64,000 nucleotides of DNA from Podarcis filfolensis (lineage: Eukaryota): NCBI GenBank assembly GCA_964270895.1, contig OZ185438.1; one strand, 5' to 3'. Each line of letters starts with the position of its first letter. Positions within the stretch are counted from its first letter, which is position 1. The notes beneath the pieces were generated by a model that worked only from the letters and a program-made list of their open reading frames with translations, had not been told where the DNA came from and searched no databases. Position numbers and translations under genes: made by a program. This document shows positions 14,424 to 27,595 of the stretch, piece after piece.

Positions 14424-15545
14424 TGGTTGACATCTGTCTGACCCGACAGACGACGGAGCAGTGTGCCTTTGAGGGTGAGGTCAATCTGTTGGAAGGTTAC
14501 AGCACCTGCTGTGCTGTAGAGACTGATATGAGAGAGACATGCTTTCCAACAGTTGGGGCAGATGAAGGTGTTTGATTGCGCTGCTGCAGATGCACCATGG
14601 CATTTCTTCTCTCTCTGCTCTTCCCGGCGGTCTTTCGCCCTCTGCTCACTGCTATGGATGCACAATGTGACTGTCTCCAAGCAATGCACTGATCTTCATG
14701 CCACGTTTGCAGACATCTTTGCAATGCATAGTTGGTCTGCTGATGGACCTGGTGCCTGAAGCCAGCTCCCTGTACCACATGTCCTCAGGGACCCTTCTAC
14801 CTTCCATTCTGTGGACGTGACCAAGCCATAGATGCTGCTGAGACAGGAGAAAGAATATGGGCTTGGGAGAGCACACTTTTGTTTGAGATTCTGTCCTGCC
14901 ATGTGATGCCTAAAATCTTCCTGATGCAGCACATGTGGGAGGCGTTGAGGCATTGCTCCTGACAGTTGTAAGTTATCCACGACTCACTCCATGAAGCAGT
15001 GTGCTCAGCAGGGAAGCCTGGTAGACCTTCATCTGACTTGCCCATATGCTTGTCCAGCTCAGTGTTGATGGAGAGGTTGGAGGTTATGGCAGATCCCAGG
15101 TAGACAAAAGCATCTACCACCTCAAGAGGGTGGTCACCAATGCTGATGTGTGGAGTGCTGATGATGTCCTGACCCAGGATGTTGGTCTTTGTCAGGCTGA
15201 TAGTAAGACTGAATTCCCTGCAGGCTTGGGCAAAATGGTTGATGAGACTCTGTGGAGCTTCCTCGGTGATGCAGCACTGTAAAGGCTGCATCACCTGCAA
15301 ACAATATCTCTCAGATAAGGACCCACCACACTTTGTTATCGGCGCAGAGATGCCAGGTTGAACAGACCTCCTATCTCTCCTTGAATTAAAGTACATACCG
15401 TCTTCAGTAGAGCTCAAGGTCTAAGAGAGCAACAAGGAGAACAATATGCCAAAGAGAAAGAATACAGCCCTGTTTCATACCACTCTTTGATTCCATACTC
15501 TTTAGAAAACTGAGTTTCTCAGGAACCTGAACACTGAGCATGATT
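14424..15545 (-). mobile_element. Degraded RTE-clade LINE, distinct from Bov-B (RT C-terminal half plus 3' end)
   Basis: Frameshifted pieces SGMKQGC, FAQACREFSLTISLTKT, LEVVDAFVYLGSAIT, CIRKILGITWQDRISN and terminal FICPNC...HISLYS are typical RTE RT motifs. Confidence 0.85.
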
Positions 15546-16840
15546 GCAGTTCTGTAGGAAACCAAGATGCTGTAACAATGAGGTGTACCAATCGGAATGT
15601 GCATTCTTAGTTTTAGAATTCTTTTCACTGGTGGATTAATTCACTGGTTCTGCTGGCAGTCATTTGCAAGCTATCTTTGCAGCTAAACTGATGTCATGGG
15701 CCATAGGAGTATTCAATAGAACTATTAAAATTAATGTATAATTTTAATTTCTTCTACAAAGCTTGATCTGTGGGGTTAACTAGGTCCAGTATTTCAAACC
15801 CCATCAAACAGGCATTTAAATTGCCATGTAGGTTTCTCTCTCTCTCTCTGTAGCACAATTATAGCAATCAAAGCACACTGCTGACTAAAATGATCGCCTC
15901 AGTGAGACACAACTGATGACAGATTTGGATGAAATGGAAAGCCGAGGAGGCACAGAGTAAAATTGGGAAGTTGCTGATACTTTCTTTAAAAAGGAAGAGA
16001 GCTATGGTGATACTTAAATGAGCCTTATTTCTGATTATCCATGTATAGGACTGTGATGCCAGCATCCCAGTATCATTTATTGATTGATTGATCCATCCAT
16101 CCATCCATCCAATCAATCATTTAACAAATTTGCATACTTCATTTCAATGGAAAACCCCATTCTTCCCAAGGCAATTCACAAGTTACACAATACAATTCAG
16201 TTTAACACTGTTTAAAACACCCAAATAATTTTGGACAGTATTAAATGAAAAGACTGTTAAAAGTCAAGGAAAAAACACAACAATTCACCATAGTGCAAAA
16301 CTGCTCAAACTGGGGCTAAAGAACCAATTACGCAGCTTAGAACATAATTAGCAACTAAAGGCCACGATAAAAATATGCCCAGAGGTTGTAAACATCAGCC
16401 TGTTAGTGCTGTAAAAACACAGAATTCAGAGTCGGATGCAACCCCAAGGAGCTAATTCTAGATGCTCCTTAGTATCTTTTCTACAAGACTTGCCATATGG
16501 CCTTAGAAAATCTCTTTTAAGTTTCCTCAGCTCCTCATTACTTGCTTATTTAAGTTGAATTCGCCCAATGCAAAATTATAAGAGCGCTGATTCTTCTCAA
16601 CCCTAGGAGTTGGCAAGGGCAGTAACCTCTTCCCACAGCCACAACCATATAGTGCAACCAACTAAAAAGGTGGGGAGGGGGGGGGAGAGAGGGATGAAAG
16701 GTGGTTAAACTATGTAAGTTATAGAACAGTGAGGCAATACCAATGCACGATCAAAATCACAACATCATAATTTCCAGAAAGCAAAAGCTTTAATTCCTTT
16801 CAGTTAGCAAGGCCAGATTAAGGAAGCCAAAAATAATAAA

Positions 16841-16990
16841 AACAAAGAATTGTAGTGTTGGAAGGGACCCCCAGGGTCATCTTAGTCCAACCCCTTCCAA
16901 TGCAGGAATTCTGCCCATAGCAGTCCCTGGGTGGGCTTGAACTACCAGCCTTCTGGTTAACAGTCAGATGCACAGACCCATTGCACCGTT
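16841..16990 (-). mobile_element. SINE with tRNA-Asn-like head and CR1-like tail
   Basis: Reverse complement ...ctgactgttaaccagaaggctggtagttcaagcccacccagggac resembles the tRNA-Asn(GTT) anticodon arm and T-loop; tail ggactaagatgaccc...cccttccaacactacaattct matches the CR1 end at 54720. Confidence 0.7.
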
Positions 16991-17127
16991 GGAGGCCTAT
17001 TGCATAAAATAGCAGATGAAAGTACAAAAGAGAGTTCCATTTCCACCCATGCTTTCCGTTTTGTTTATGGATCAGAGACATCAGGCATTTCGACTGGACA
17101 GCGTTGTGATAAGAATGAAGATGTGAT

Positions 17128-17795
17128 TAATATAATATAATATAATATAATATAATATAATATAATATAAAAACTTCCCTAAACAGGGTTGCCTTCAGAT
17201 GTCTTCTAAAAGTCACCTATAGTCGTACCTCGGTTCCCGAACGCCTTCGGAGTCGAACGTTTCGGCTCCCGAATGATAGAAAACCGGAAGCGGGTGTTCC
17301 AGTTTTCGAATTTTTTTTGGAAGCCGAACATCCGGTGCGACTTCCACTATAGTTTCTTTCCAGCACGCCTGCACAATTGGAAACCAACTGGAAGCCGTGC
17401 CTTGGTTTCCAAATGTTTCGGAAGTCGATTGGACTTCCGGAACGGATTCTGTTCGACTTCCAAGGTACGACTGTAGTTATTTCCTTGACATCTGATGGGA
17501 GGGCTTTCCACAGGGAGGGTACCCCTACTAAGAAGGCCCTCTCTCTGGTTCCCTGTAACCGCACTTCTCACAGTGAGGGAACCGCCAGAAGGCCCTCGGC
17601 GCTGGACCTCAGTGTCCCGACAGAACGATGGGGGTGGAGACGCTCTTTCAGATATACTGGACCGAGGCCGTTTAGGGCTTTAAAGGTCAGCACCAACACT
17701 TTGAATTGTGCTCGGAAACGTACTGGGAGCCAATGTATGTCTTTCAGGGCTGGTGTTATGTGGTCTCGGTGGCCACTCCTAGTCACCAGTCTAGC
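17128..17795 (-). mobile_element. L2 LINE 3' end with (TATAA)n tail, split by a MITE
   Basis: HRDHITPALKDIHWLPVRFRAQFKVLVLTFKALNGLGPVYLKERL is a typical L2 ORF2 C-terminus; simple-repeat tail at 17128-17170. Confidence 0.88.
17220..17473. mobile_element. Tc1/mariner-type MITE (254 bp) nested in L2
   Basis: TIR (t)AGTCGTACCTCGG / CAAGGTACGACTG; TA at 17218-17219 and 17474-17475; L2 sequence continues on both sides. Confidence 0.85.
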
Positions 17796-20173
17796 TATTC
17801 CAAAACCACTACCATAGGCAATCCCGTATATAATTCTAGAGCCCAGCTGTGCCCCTTTCCTTTCATGTATGAACTTACATCATATTTTGAACTGTTTGGG
17901 TGCAATTACAGGATCTCTGACAGGCCTGAAGGCTATTCTTTCCTAACTATGCATGCCCTGTCTGGGCATTCCCCCACTTACATGATTAAGAATCAAGGGA
18001 AGCAGATAGACCAACCACCATTCACATGTAGGGGAGGCATTTTGCAGAGCTGAGCCTATAAGTGGAGAACCCTGCATGTTCAGGATACCAGGAGACAGAG
18101 GTCTCTTGGTGCTGAGTGAGAAATGTTGGAAGGAAGCGAGGTCAAACCCTAGCTCTCTGGTGTTCATGCTGTTCATGGGAGAGCTAGAGAGATCCCTAGA
18201 ATGCAGTTTGAAAAGCAATTATAGATGTTAAGTTGTACAACTAGAGTATTTAAGATCTGATTGTATTCTAGGTCAGGAAATATGAGAAACTGAGAGTTGC
18301 TTTGTCTTTGTATGGAGAAAATCAACCTTCCTTCCGCATGATAGGAATTTTGTAGCCCCCCCCCAATAAATCTTGGAACACTATTCTGATGTGTAAGAAA
18401 TGGCAAACATAGTTTGATCCAAATAAATAAGCACAGTATGGAGATAATGATAGTTGGCTAGTTAGCATTCCCTCTTCTCTAGCATTAGGTGAAAGCTGTT
18501 GTTTTCAAAGGACTACACAGGTGATTTGAAAGAAACTCCCTGTTTATTATTTTTAGGTTTGTGGTATACACTACTTTCATTTTATTCTGCACAGATTCAT
18601 AGAGTAGTCTGCAATCTTCGGGTAGAATGGCGTCTGTTGAACTTTAGACAATGTGTATTTTTTATTTATCCAGACCCTGGGTGAAATAATTTTATATTAC
18701 TGGACAGAGATTGCCAGGGGAACTGTTAAGGTATATTGGAAGTTTCTGGAACACAATAAAAATGAAGCAAGTTGGCCCCATGTTACCTCTCTGGAAAAAT
18801 TCCATAAAAAAACACCAATAAGCAAGTTGGTAGATTCTGTCTTACAGAGCCCATTACTACTGAACATCAGCTTAATCTAACTATAGTGGCACAGACATAG
18901 CACAGGTGAAAAAGATTGGAATCAGAGCAAGCCCAATGAATTTCAGAACTGTTATTTGTTGTGAAAGGGGAAGAGTAATTTCAGTCTCCCCTCCACTTCT
19001 GCCATAATAGAATTCTGAAGAAAATAGAATGTTGTCTGGTCCTTAAGCTCTCTCCTCAAACTGAGGACTCACCTCTCACTCCTTCAGTCTATCACAATGT
19101 AGCTGAATCTTTTCCAGCTGTGCTGAGCAAGTTGTGCCCAGCTTCTGGAATCCTGTGCTAGCATACTGCAACTTTTTACCTCAACACAGTATTCCTTGTC
19201 ATACGTGCAAAGTGTACACACTGTAATTCAGTCAGTCAAAATCACAACATCTTCTCTACTGCTATGTTACTTTCATTATGAAAAGCATGAGGTGTTTTTT
19301 TAATGAGTCCCCTGCCAATTTTTTGTTGCTGTCAAACGACAAGTTTTGGTGCAAAAAGTGAAACTTGCGGAAATTTAGGCTTTGCCCAAATTTCACCTTT
19401 ACCCTAAAATACTTGAGCTATAAATAAACCAAGTGATTTCAAAATGATTTAAGCACTTAGGCGCCACCGCATTTCACAAATCAACACACAAAGAGCCGAA
19501 AATGATGAACATAACTCTCCTACAAACCCTCTAAACCCAAAATTCAGTTCAAGACTATTCATTCCCATTGTAATTCATATGGCATTTCTGGAGATAAATG
19601 GCTGGGCAAGGAAGCCATGCAGACACTGGCAGTAATCCAGGTGATAAGTAAAATTACTAGCTGTTACAAGACTGATACAAAACTCCCTGGAAAGGCTGCT
19701 CAATGCCTTTCTCCATGTCTTTATCACGCCATGCATATTCTGCACATGTTATAAAAAAAGAATGTATATTCAGCAAAAGAAACAAAAAAAGGGGGGGAGA
19801 GAAAAGTAATAATGAATACCCCCCTGTTATTTTGGACTCTTAACAAGAGTAGAAACAATGAAACAGAAAGCATGCCTTTCGCACAGGATTAAAAGAATGT
19901 GCTATTTCCTGTAGAGTTGGGAAAGAAATCCTCTGAAACCTGGCACTTAGGCTAACTGTTTCCATGAGACAGAGAACTGCACACAGTGTAACAGCAGGAG
20001 CAATTTATGGTACGCAGGAAGCAACCAGAAGTTAAAATACGCTATACCAGCGACAATAGCAAGAGCAAATAACTTATCCAGGCAAGTTCCCTAATAGGAA
20101 GAAAGCACATAATTAATAAGAATTAGCTTGCACACTCGCAAACCTCCTGGATGCCATAGGCAACAAGAACATA

Positions 20174-20415
20174 CAGTGGTACCTTGGGTTACATACGCTT
20201 CAGGTTACATACGCTTCAGGTTACAGACTCCGCTAACCCAGAAATAGTACCTTGGGTTAAGAACTTTGTTTCAGGATGAGAACAGAAATTGTGCTCCGGC
20301 GGCGCAGCAGCAACAGGAGGCCCCATTAGCTAAAGTGGTGCTTCAGGTTAAGAACAGTTTCAGGTTAAGAACGGACCTCCGGAACGAATTAAGTACTTAA
20401 CCCGAGGTACCACTG
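20174..20415. mobile_element. Tc1/mariner MITE, 242 bp, copy 2 (inverted relative to copies 1 and 3)
   Basis: CAGTGGTACCTTGGGTTA...TAACCCGAGGTACCACTG with TA TSD; interior is the reverse complement of 10903-11144. Confidence 0.92.
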
Positions 20416-23340
20416 TAGTCTTAGGAATATAGTCAGATTCAGCGACAGCTAGCGACCCGCCCTGAAAATATTAATTACCTGCAATCACATTTTCCATGAT
20501 GCATTCTAAGGAAAAAGACCCATCTTTAGAATGAAACATGAAATATATTTGTGCAGCTGACTGAAGTTTTCAGGGAAAACAAATGATCGTTTTAATTAAC
20601 TAAATAAAGCTGCCTCGTTATGATGGATAGATGCATGTGGATAGAGGGCCTGAGTTGTGCAAGGGCCCCTGGAGGGTGAGACATAAGAAAGGGAGTCGCA
20701 GCTCCTGTGTGCAGGGCAGGTTTGATCCAATTGTTCTTCAGAAGTCAGTGTCAACCACTCATGTATACAGAAGAGAGCCAAGGGATGTGGGTAGGGGCAA
20801 AGTCTGCTTCCTGCCTCTGATGGCTCTCGCGACTAGTGAGGGGCAGGTTTTACTCAGTCTCAAAGCGACTCACAAGCAGCTTTCTCAGACATGCTAGGGT
20901 TATGCTGGGGACTGTTTTAACAGAGACATGACTCTGAGGGGCAGAAAGGAAGTGGCCACCCTCACTACCACACAGGATGCCCCCCTCCCTGGATATATTT
21001 CCTCTCAATAGTTGCATGTGCAAAATTCCCAGTCTGCTCCACAAACTCCTCCAGATTTAAAACAGTTTGGGGGTGGGGGAGAAATGTAAAGATTTGGCCC
21101 GCGAGAAAGTTAAAGTTCATGAAACCACCCATTAGTATATATAGGGTCCTACCTCCAACAGAGTAGAGACACAAAAATTGGAATTATCTGCTATTGCCCT
21201 TGTATTATGGAATGCCTAGCCCCCTGTCAAATGTGAAGCAGCAACCATCAGTTGCTTCGGATGTCCTGTAAAGGCTAACCTTTTGCACAGGCTTTTTCTG
21301 ACCCATAAGATTGGACCCTGCTTTATTTATTTGAACCCCCCCCCCAAAAAAAATTCCTGTTTTATTTGCTTTTATTTGTCTTTACATGCATTAACACTGG
21401 TGTTTTATTGGTTTCTGGTTGTATTTTTGTTGTAACGGTACGGTTTGCTTTTATATTGTACATTGCTTACAGAGTTTTAAAATATGATGTGGCTTACCGA
21501 TGCTTTTAAACAAACACATAAATAACTTACTGAGGAGCCCTCAGGCCAAATCTCCAAGCTGCTTTTTCACTTTTGTGCAATTTCATTCCCCCTTCTTGCC
21601 CCCCTCCCCCTCCCCCCCGGTACTGTATTACCTTGGCTACCACCTGTAGAACAAAAGCTGAACCAATGATTATCAAGCCTATTTCCAAGAAAACACGTAG
21701 CAGGTTATTAGAATACTGTAATCCTGCTGGGTTTGTGCTTTGAGGTGCCCCTGCTTCATCAGTGACCACTATTCCCTACCATGCAAATAAAAGCAGAACC
21801 CACTTCGTCAGGCTGCGCATGCATTCGCTTCTGTAAGCAAAGTTTCCTGCCCGTACGCACTGTTTATCTCTGATTTGTGTTTGTATATGGCTTGAGCAAA
21901 GAAATCATGCAAAAGCAAACACTAGAAAAACATTGTCAGCGTGCATTAGTTAAGACTTCGGCCTTGTCCCTGACAGTTTTCTAGCACACATCTGAGGCAA
22001 TTTGAGGTCGTTATAATGGGCATCTAACCTGCAGGTGCTCTAGAGACACCCAGAAATCTCGTAACCACACAGTCCTTGATAGAAAGGAAATTGCAGCTGA
22101 GACAGGTGCAATGTTCCTTCCTTTCCCTGCTCACTGTAACGCACCACACTGGTATCACCATGTCTTATCCACTGGCAACTACTGGGTCTACAACACAACA
22201 GGAATGCCCACTGCTATGTTGATGGTACATTTTCAGCTACTGCTCTGATCTTATGGACGCAAGTGGTAGTGTTAAGCAGCCACCATTTTAATTTACCGTG
22301 ATACCTACTGCACAGAATCATGCCGTTGGGGAGCCATCATTTTAATTCTAGTGGGGTCTACCCTTTTAAGTTATCACTATTTCCCAGAATGATGCTATAT
22401 TAAGGGCATTAGGGGGAAATTAAAAATATGGTTGGTTGAAATCTGGAGCATTGTAGGCAGGAACAATCTGAAGAGGAGGACATATCTTACCCAGGAGGCA
22501 AAGAAGCTCTCTAGAATTCTTAATCTCCATGCCACAGATGCTCTCATGCTGTTTCCTACCCCTGCTTTAAGAATAAGGTCTTATTGAGTACAGTATTTCC
22601 AAAATTGGGCGGTTTTACTGAGAGCAGACCAACTGAAATGGATAAAGATGAAGTTAGGTCCATTAATTTCAGTGGGTCTACACTGAGTAATCTCCCCCCT
22701 ATATGCTCAGTAATACATTTATGGCTGCATGCTGGAATAATCCGCAAGAATTATCAGGTATTTTATTATCCTGTTTCAAATTTGAAATGGTACCTTAAGA
22801 AATGTCCTCAACACCACAAATGTCTAGAACCTGCCCCCCCCCCCCAGTTTTGCAGTTGTTTGTTATAGTTTTGGTTACGTCTTTATGAAAATAAAGCTTT
22901 GCTATTTGGCCCATTTTTTTATTTTCCCAATTTGGAATGGAGGTTTGGGGTATTTCAGATATGTACCTGCAATGATTGCAATATGAATTTGTATTTGCTG
23001 ACATCACTTTGGAAATTTGTGTTCCTAGCTGGAAAGGTTCCTGACTGGCCTACATTCAGGCTTGGACCCACCCACGAAGGAACAACAGCCAAGGATGTGT
23101 TTCTTAGGAGATTATGCATCTTGACCATAAGCAGAGACATATTTCATGGACGCTATGCTTACTGATTGAAGAATGAGCCCGCTGGACAGTGCGCACAATT
23201 CTGCCAAGATAAACACATAATCTGGGAGATTATGCATATTATCTGGAGAATATACAAAGATACACTCCTTTCCTAAGACCTGTTAGAAATTATGTAAAGT
23301 GCACAGAGAGTGCACAAAACCCTTTAAAACATGCACATTC

Positions 23341-23482
23341 TGTTATGTACTGAAGTTCTCACCCTGGGCCAGCAGGGGGATACTGTAGATAGTTTTCACT
23401 CAGGTCCACATATGCAAATAAGGGATTGAAAGTGACATTCAGTGATTGGATAGTTACAGAAAATGGTTACTGTTGCGTTCTA
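23341..23482 (+). mobile_element. 5' half of a solo LTR, same family as 38358-38601
   Basis: First 69 bp (23341-23409) match 38358-38426 with one mismatch, starting at the TGTTA terminus; no matching 3' terminus found. Confidence 0.7.
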
Positions 23483-23851
23483 AAAGGTAAAGGTAAAGGT
23501 ACCCCTGCCCGTAGGGGCCAGTCGTGTCCGACTCTACGGTTGTGCGCCCATCTCACTTAAGAGGCTGGGGGCCAGCGCTGTCCGGAGACACTTCCGGGTC
23601 ACGTGGCCAGCGTGACGAAGCTGCTCTGGCGAGCCAGCACCAGCGCAGCACACGGAAACGCCGTTTACCTTCCCGCTATAAAGCCGTACCTATTTATCTA
23701 CTTGCACTTAAGAGTGCTTTTGAACTGCTAGGTGGGCAGGAGCTGGGACCGAACGATGGGAGCTCACTCCGCCGCGGGGATTCGAACCGCTGACCATGCG
23801 ATCGGCAAGCCCTAGGCGCTGAGGTTTTACCCACAGCGCCACCCGCGTCCC
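23483..23851 (-). mobile_element. Sauria SINE, full length, divergent subfamily
   Basis: Minus-strand head GGGACGCGGGTGGCGCTGTGGG, B-box GGTTCGAATCCC, Bov-B-like AGAGTCGGACACGACT near the 3' end, (ACCTTT)n tail; no TSD seen. Confidence 0.93.
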
Positions 23852-23972
23852 TTTAGAGCCGTTTCTGGGTTTTAGTTGTGGTCATTTTCCCACTTGCTGT
23901 CTATATTTGAATAGAAACATTCCCACTTGGTTTGTTGCACTGGTATCTTTGCTTTTTAAAAAAGAATCATCA

Positions 23973-24119
<147 letters not shown>

Positions 24120-24940
24120 TTACGTGCTCATGTATACAAACAAAACTAGTGATATGTTTTGTCTTTAACTCTACTGTGCCTAGTCTTGCATTTCAACTAG
24201 CACTTCTTTGAAAGAAAGCTATTCCTATCGCAGAGAATGCAACTGAAATTCCATTGCTTTCATACTGTAATTATAGAATTTCCTTCCCAGGAAGGCATTC
24301 CTGACTGGTTAAAACCTCTCCTCCTAGCTTCTGAATTTTTGGCTTATTTGGTTTGCTGTAGTGTTTTGAGATACTGACTGATATTGTAAAGTTGACATTT
24401 TTATTTTACCCCTTTTAATTTGTTTATTTTTAAAAAAGAAAGAAATTGCAATAGCAACAATGAAAGGAAAGAATTAATAAGAAATCAATAATTAAAGTTC
24501 CCACCATTGTAGGAATAGAAACTAACATCAGGGAAACTAAGAGCAGCTGCTCAGGGTACAATTAAAAGTTGATTTGCCAAAAGTCCTCCTGCTGCAACCA
24601 ACAGGAAGCAATACTATTAGCAGCAGCTGCGAACAGGAAACTCTTAACTAACACTGGAAAAGGACCTTTATTGAATGAGATTTTCTTGTGAGTAAATGTT
24701 ATGGAAGAATCTTCGCCAAAGTGAAGATCATTTTTAGATAACACTGCACTATGTTACGTGTTCTGCTGTGTGGAAAGTCAGTTTTAATTTCACTTCCAGA
24801 TAATTACAAAAAAGCACTGCCTCAAGGGATTCAGGAAGGAAAGCAACAGGATTTTGTCTCCCACCGACATCTATCTCCGGAGAGCTTTGGATTGCCAAAT
24901 TGTAAACGCTGTTTTAGTGAATTAACAGGGATTGGCTTAT

Positions 24941-25183
24941 AGAAGAGTTTGGATTTGATATCCCGCTTTATCACTACCCGAAGGAGTCTCAAAGCGGCTA
25001 ACATTCTCCTTTCCCTTCCTCCCCCACAACAAACACTCTGTGAGGTGAGTGGGGCTGAGAGACTTCAAAGAAGTGTGACTGGCCCAAAGTCACCCAGCAG
25101 CTGCATGTGGAGGAGCAGGGAATCGAACCCGGTTCACCAGATTATGAGTCTACCGCTCTTAACCACCACACCACACTGCCTCT
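24941..25183 (-). mobile_element. tRNA-derived SINE (Squam2/Anolis SINE2-like), copy A, sense to NALCN
   Basis: Head GAGAGGCAGTGTGGTGTGGTGGTTAAGAG, B-box GGTTCGATTCCC, tail gcgggatatcaaatccaaactcttct; reverse complement of 26064-26305. Confidence 0.9.
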
Positions 25184-25317
25184 CTCATTACAGGCAATGA
25201 ACCGCACAGGCTTTGAATTCAAATGCTTCATTTGCCTCCAACACCTAAGTGTTTCAATACATTGGTAAGCACACAGTAGGACTAAGCAAGAATTCACACA
25301 CCTCAAAGAGAATTTTA

Positions 25318-25440
<123 letters not shown>

Positions 25441-25450
25441 CTACAAAAAG

Positions 25451-25454
<4 letters not shown>

Positions 25455-25482
<28 letters not shown>
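25455..25482. repeat. (AT)14 microsatellite in the 159-bp intron 8
   Basis: Read directly from sequence. Confidence 0.95.
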
Positions 25483-25485
<3 letters not shown>

Positions 25486-25593
25486 AAAACAGAAGTTTAC
25501 AGTGAAACGCAGAGGTGGAAGCAGTGGGTGGGTGGGGGAGTCCCACTCCAACATGCTTTATATTCTGATCAGGTGTGTGTCTGATCAGGTCTA

Positions 25594-25842
<249 letters not shown>

Positions 25843-26063
25843 TTAAACAAGCCTCTATGCAAAAAAGAGAGCCAACAAGAGTTTTCTATTATTTTTATGA
25901 TTAGCATTCAGCCGTTGCAATATTACAAAGCAAAACATTTGATCCCTGAAGACATATGCATGTATGTGTGGGTGTGTTCAAAGCGCATAAATAGCCATGA
26001 CCAGAATATGCTGCCCTTCTTCCTAAGAAGGGTAGTGTGGTGAGAGCCAGTGAGAGCCACACT

Positions 26064-26320
26064 GAGAGCCAGTGTGGTGTAGTGGTTAAGAGTGGTAGTC
26101 ACGTAATCTGGGGAACCGGGTTTGCGTCTCCGCTCCTCCACATGCAGCTGCTGGGTGACCTTGGGCCAGTCACACTTCTTTGAAGTCTCTCAGCCCCACT
26201 CACCTCACAGAGTGTTTGTTGTGGGGGAGGAAGGGAAAGGAGAATGTTAGCCGCTTTGAGACTCCTGAAGGGGAGTGAAAGGCGGGATATCAAATCCAAA
26301 CTCTTTCTCTTTCTCTTTCT
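26064..26320 (+). mobile_element. tRNA-derived SINE (Squam2/Anolis SINE2-like), copy B, antisense to NALCN
   Basis: GAGAGCCAGTGTGGTGTAGTGGTTAAGAG head, (CTCTTT)n tail; core 26132-26266 matches copy A 24982-25116 in reverse at 134/135. Confidence 0.9.
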
Positions 26321-27448
26321 AAGTCGGTGGTATCTTAGTGTGTGTGTGTGTGTGTTTGAGCATAATATGCAATTAATGTAAGAGCAATCATTACACTTTG
26401 TGGCACATATGCAGTTGTTTGCCACTACCCCAAAATGGCAGCACAAACTTTCTTTTACAACTGCTAGAATTTTCTAGTAACTGCAAAACTAAGGCACATA
26501 TAATGAATTCGATAATGTACATGCATTATTTTATTTGCTTGTCTAATGGTCCAGCTTTATCAGCTAAGTTGCCAGAAAAGTCCTTGTTAAGAACCAGTTA
26601 CATCAATGATGCAACATCAGTTATGGATATGCTTGTGTTAATATCACTGCTGTGTCAAAACCGAATTCAGGGCATTTCACCAATGGAGAAATGTGGATTT
26701 TTTTTGCAGTTTACCAAGAGAACAGCTACTCTCCCACCCAGATGCAAGAGAGTTGCATGACGCAATATTGAGAAAGAAGAAACAGCGTGAAAGAGGCAAA
26801 GATAATCCTACAAAGTTTATCCCATCTTCACAGAAACGTCACAAATCTATATGCCTTAGATTTGTTTAGCAAAATTATACTCCACTCATTCTTTAAGTCC
26901 ATCATACTTTTTGGCCACATGGACACATTTGCAACTGGAGAAACTGTTTAGGACTCTGTAGAGACCAACCCAGGCCCTGCTTCCTGACCTGTGGCAGAAC
27001 TGGTATAGGATCTGGGCTTCTTCTACTACAAGGAGTCAACCTGCAGGATGCCCTTGCCTCCTACTGGTGGGAGAGGCAATCACAAAGGGTCTCAAACACT
27101 CTCCTTACTCTATCAGATAATAGAGTTTAGTATTATGTCAGAACACTAACCTTCCTTTTCCTCAACTGCATTTAATCAATTAGATATTTCATCTAATTGC
27201 CTTAATTTAATTTAATTTAATGTTGTATCTTTTCCTATACATTTCAGAATCAAAAAGAAAACAAAATTTTAGGCCCTGATGCGTCTCCCCTGTGTACCAT
27301 TGAGCCAAAAAAGGGGATCTATTTAGTTTCTTTTTTAAATAAAGAGCAACATCTCTACTGGCTTATATTGCAGTGGCTAAAACATGGTCTGTGGGCTCCC
27401 CTATCTGGCCCCAAGGCAATTACTGATGACTCCCCAAGGCCTCCAACA

Positions 27449-27595
27449 NNNNNNNNNNNNNNNNNNNNNNNNNNNNNNNNNNNNNNNNNNNNNNNNNNNN
27501 NNNNNNNNNNNNNNNNNNNNNNNNNNNNNNNNNNNNNNNNNNNNNNNNNNNNNNNNNNNNNNNNNNNNNNNNNNNNNNNNNNNNNNNNNNNNNNN
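27449..27595. other. Assembly gap (147 N)
   Basis: Run of n characters. Confidence 1.

Noticed and set aside
16921-16990. Functional tRNA genes (Asn here, Ile at 35519/36206 and 61897)
   Set aside because: Stems are degenerate and each is fused to a CR1-like tail, so they are SINE heads.
21599-21618. G-quadruplex-prone runs (also about 16670, 28325 and many G9-G13 runs)
   Set aside because: Homopolymer G/C runs are frequent throughout the window; nothing singles these out.
21781-21823. Octamer ATGCAAAT plus NRF1-like TGCGCATGCA as an enhancer
   Set aside because: Short motifs are expected by chance in 64 kb; no independent support.
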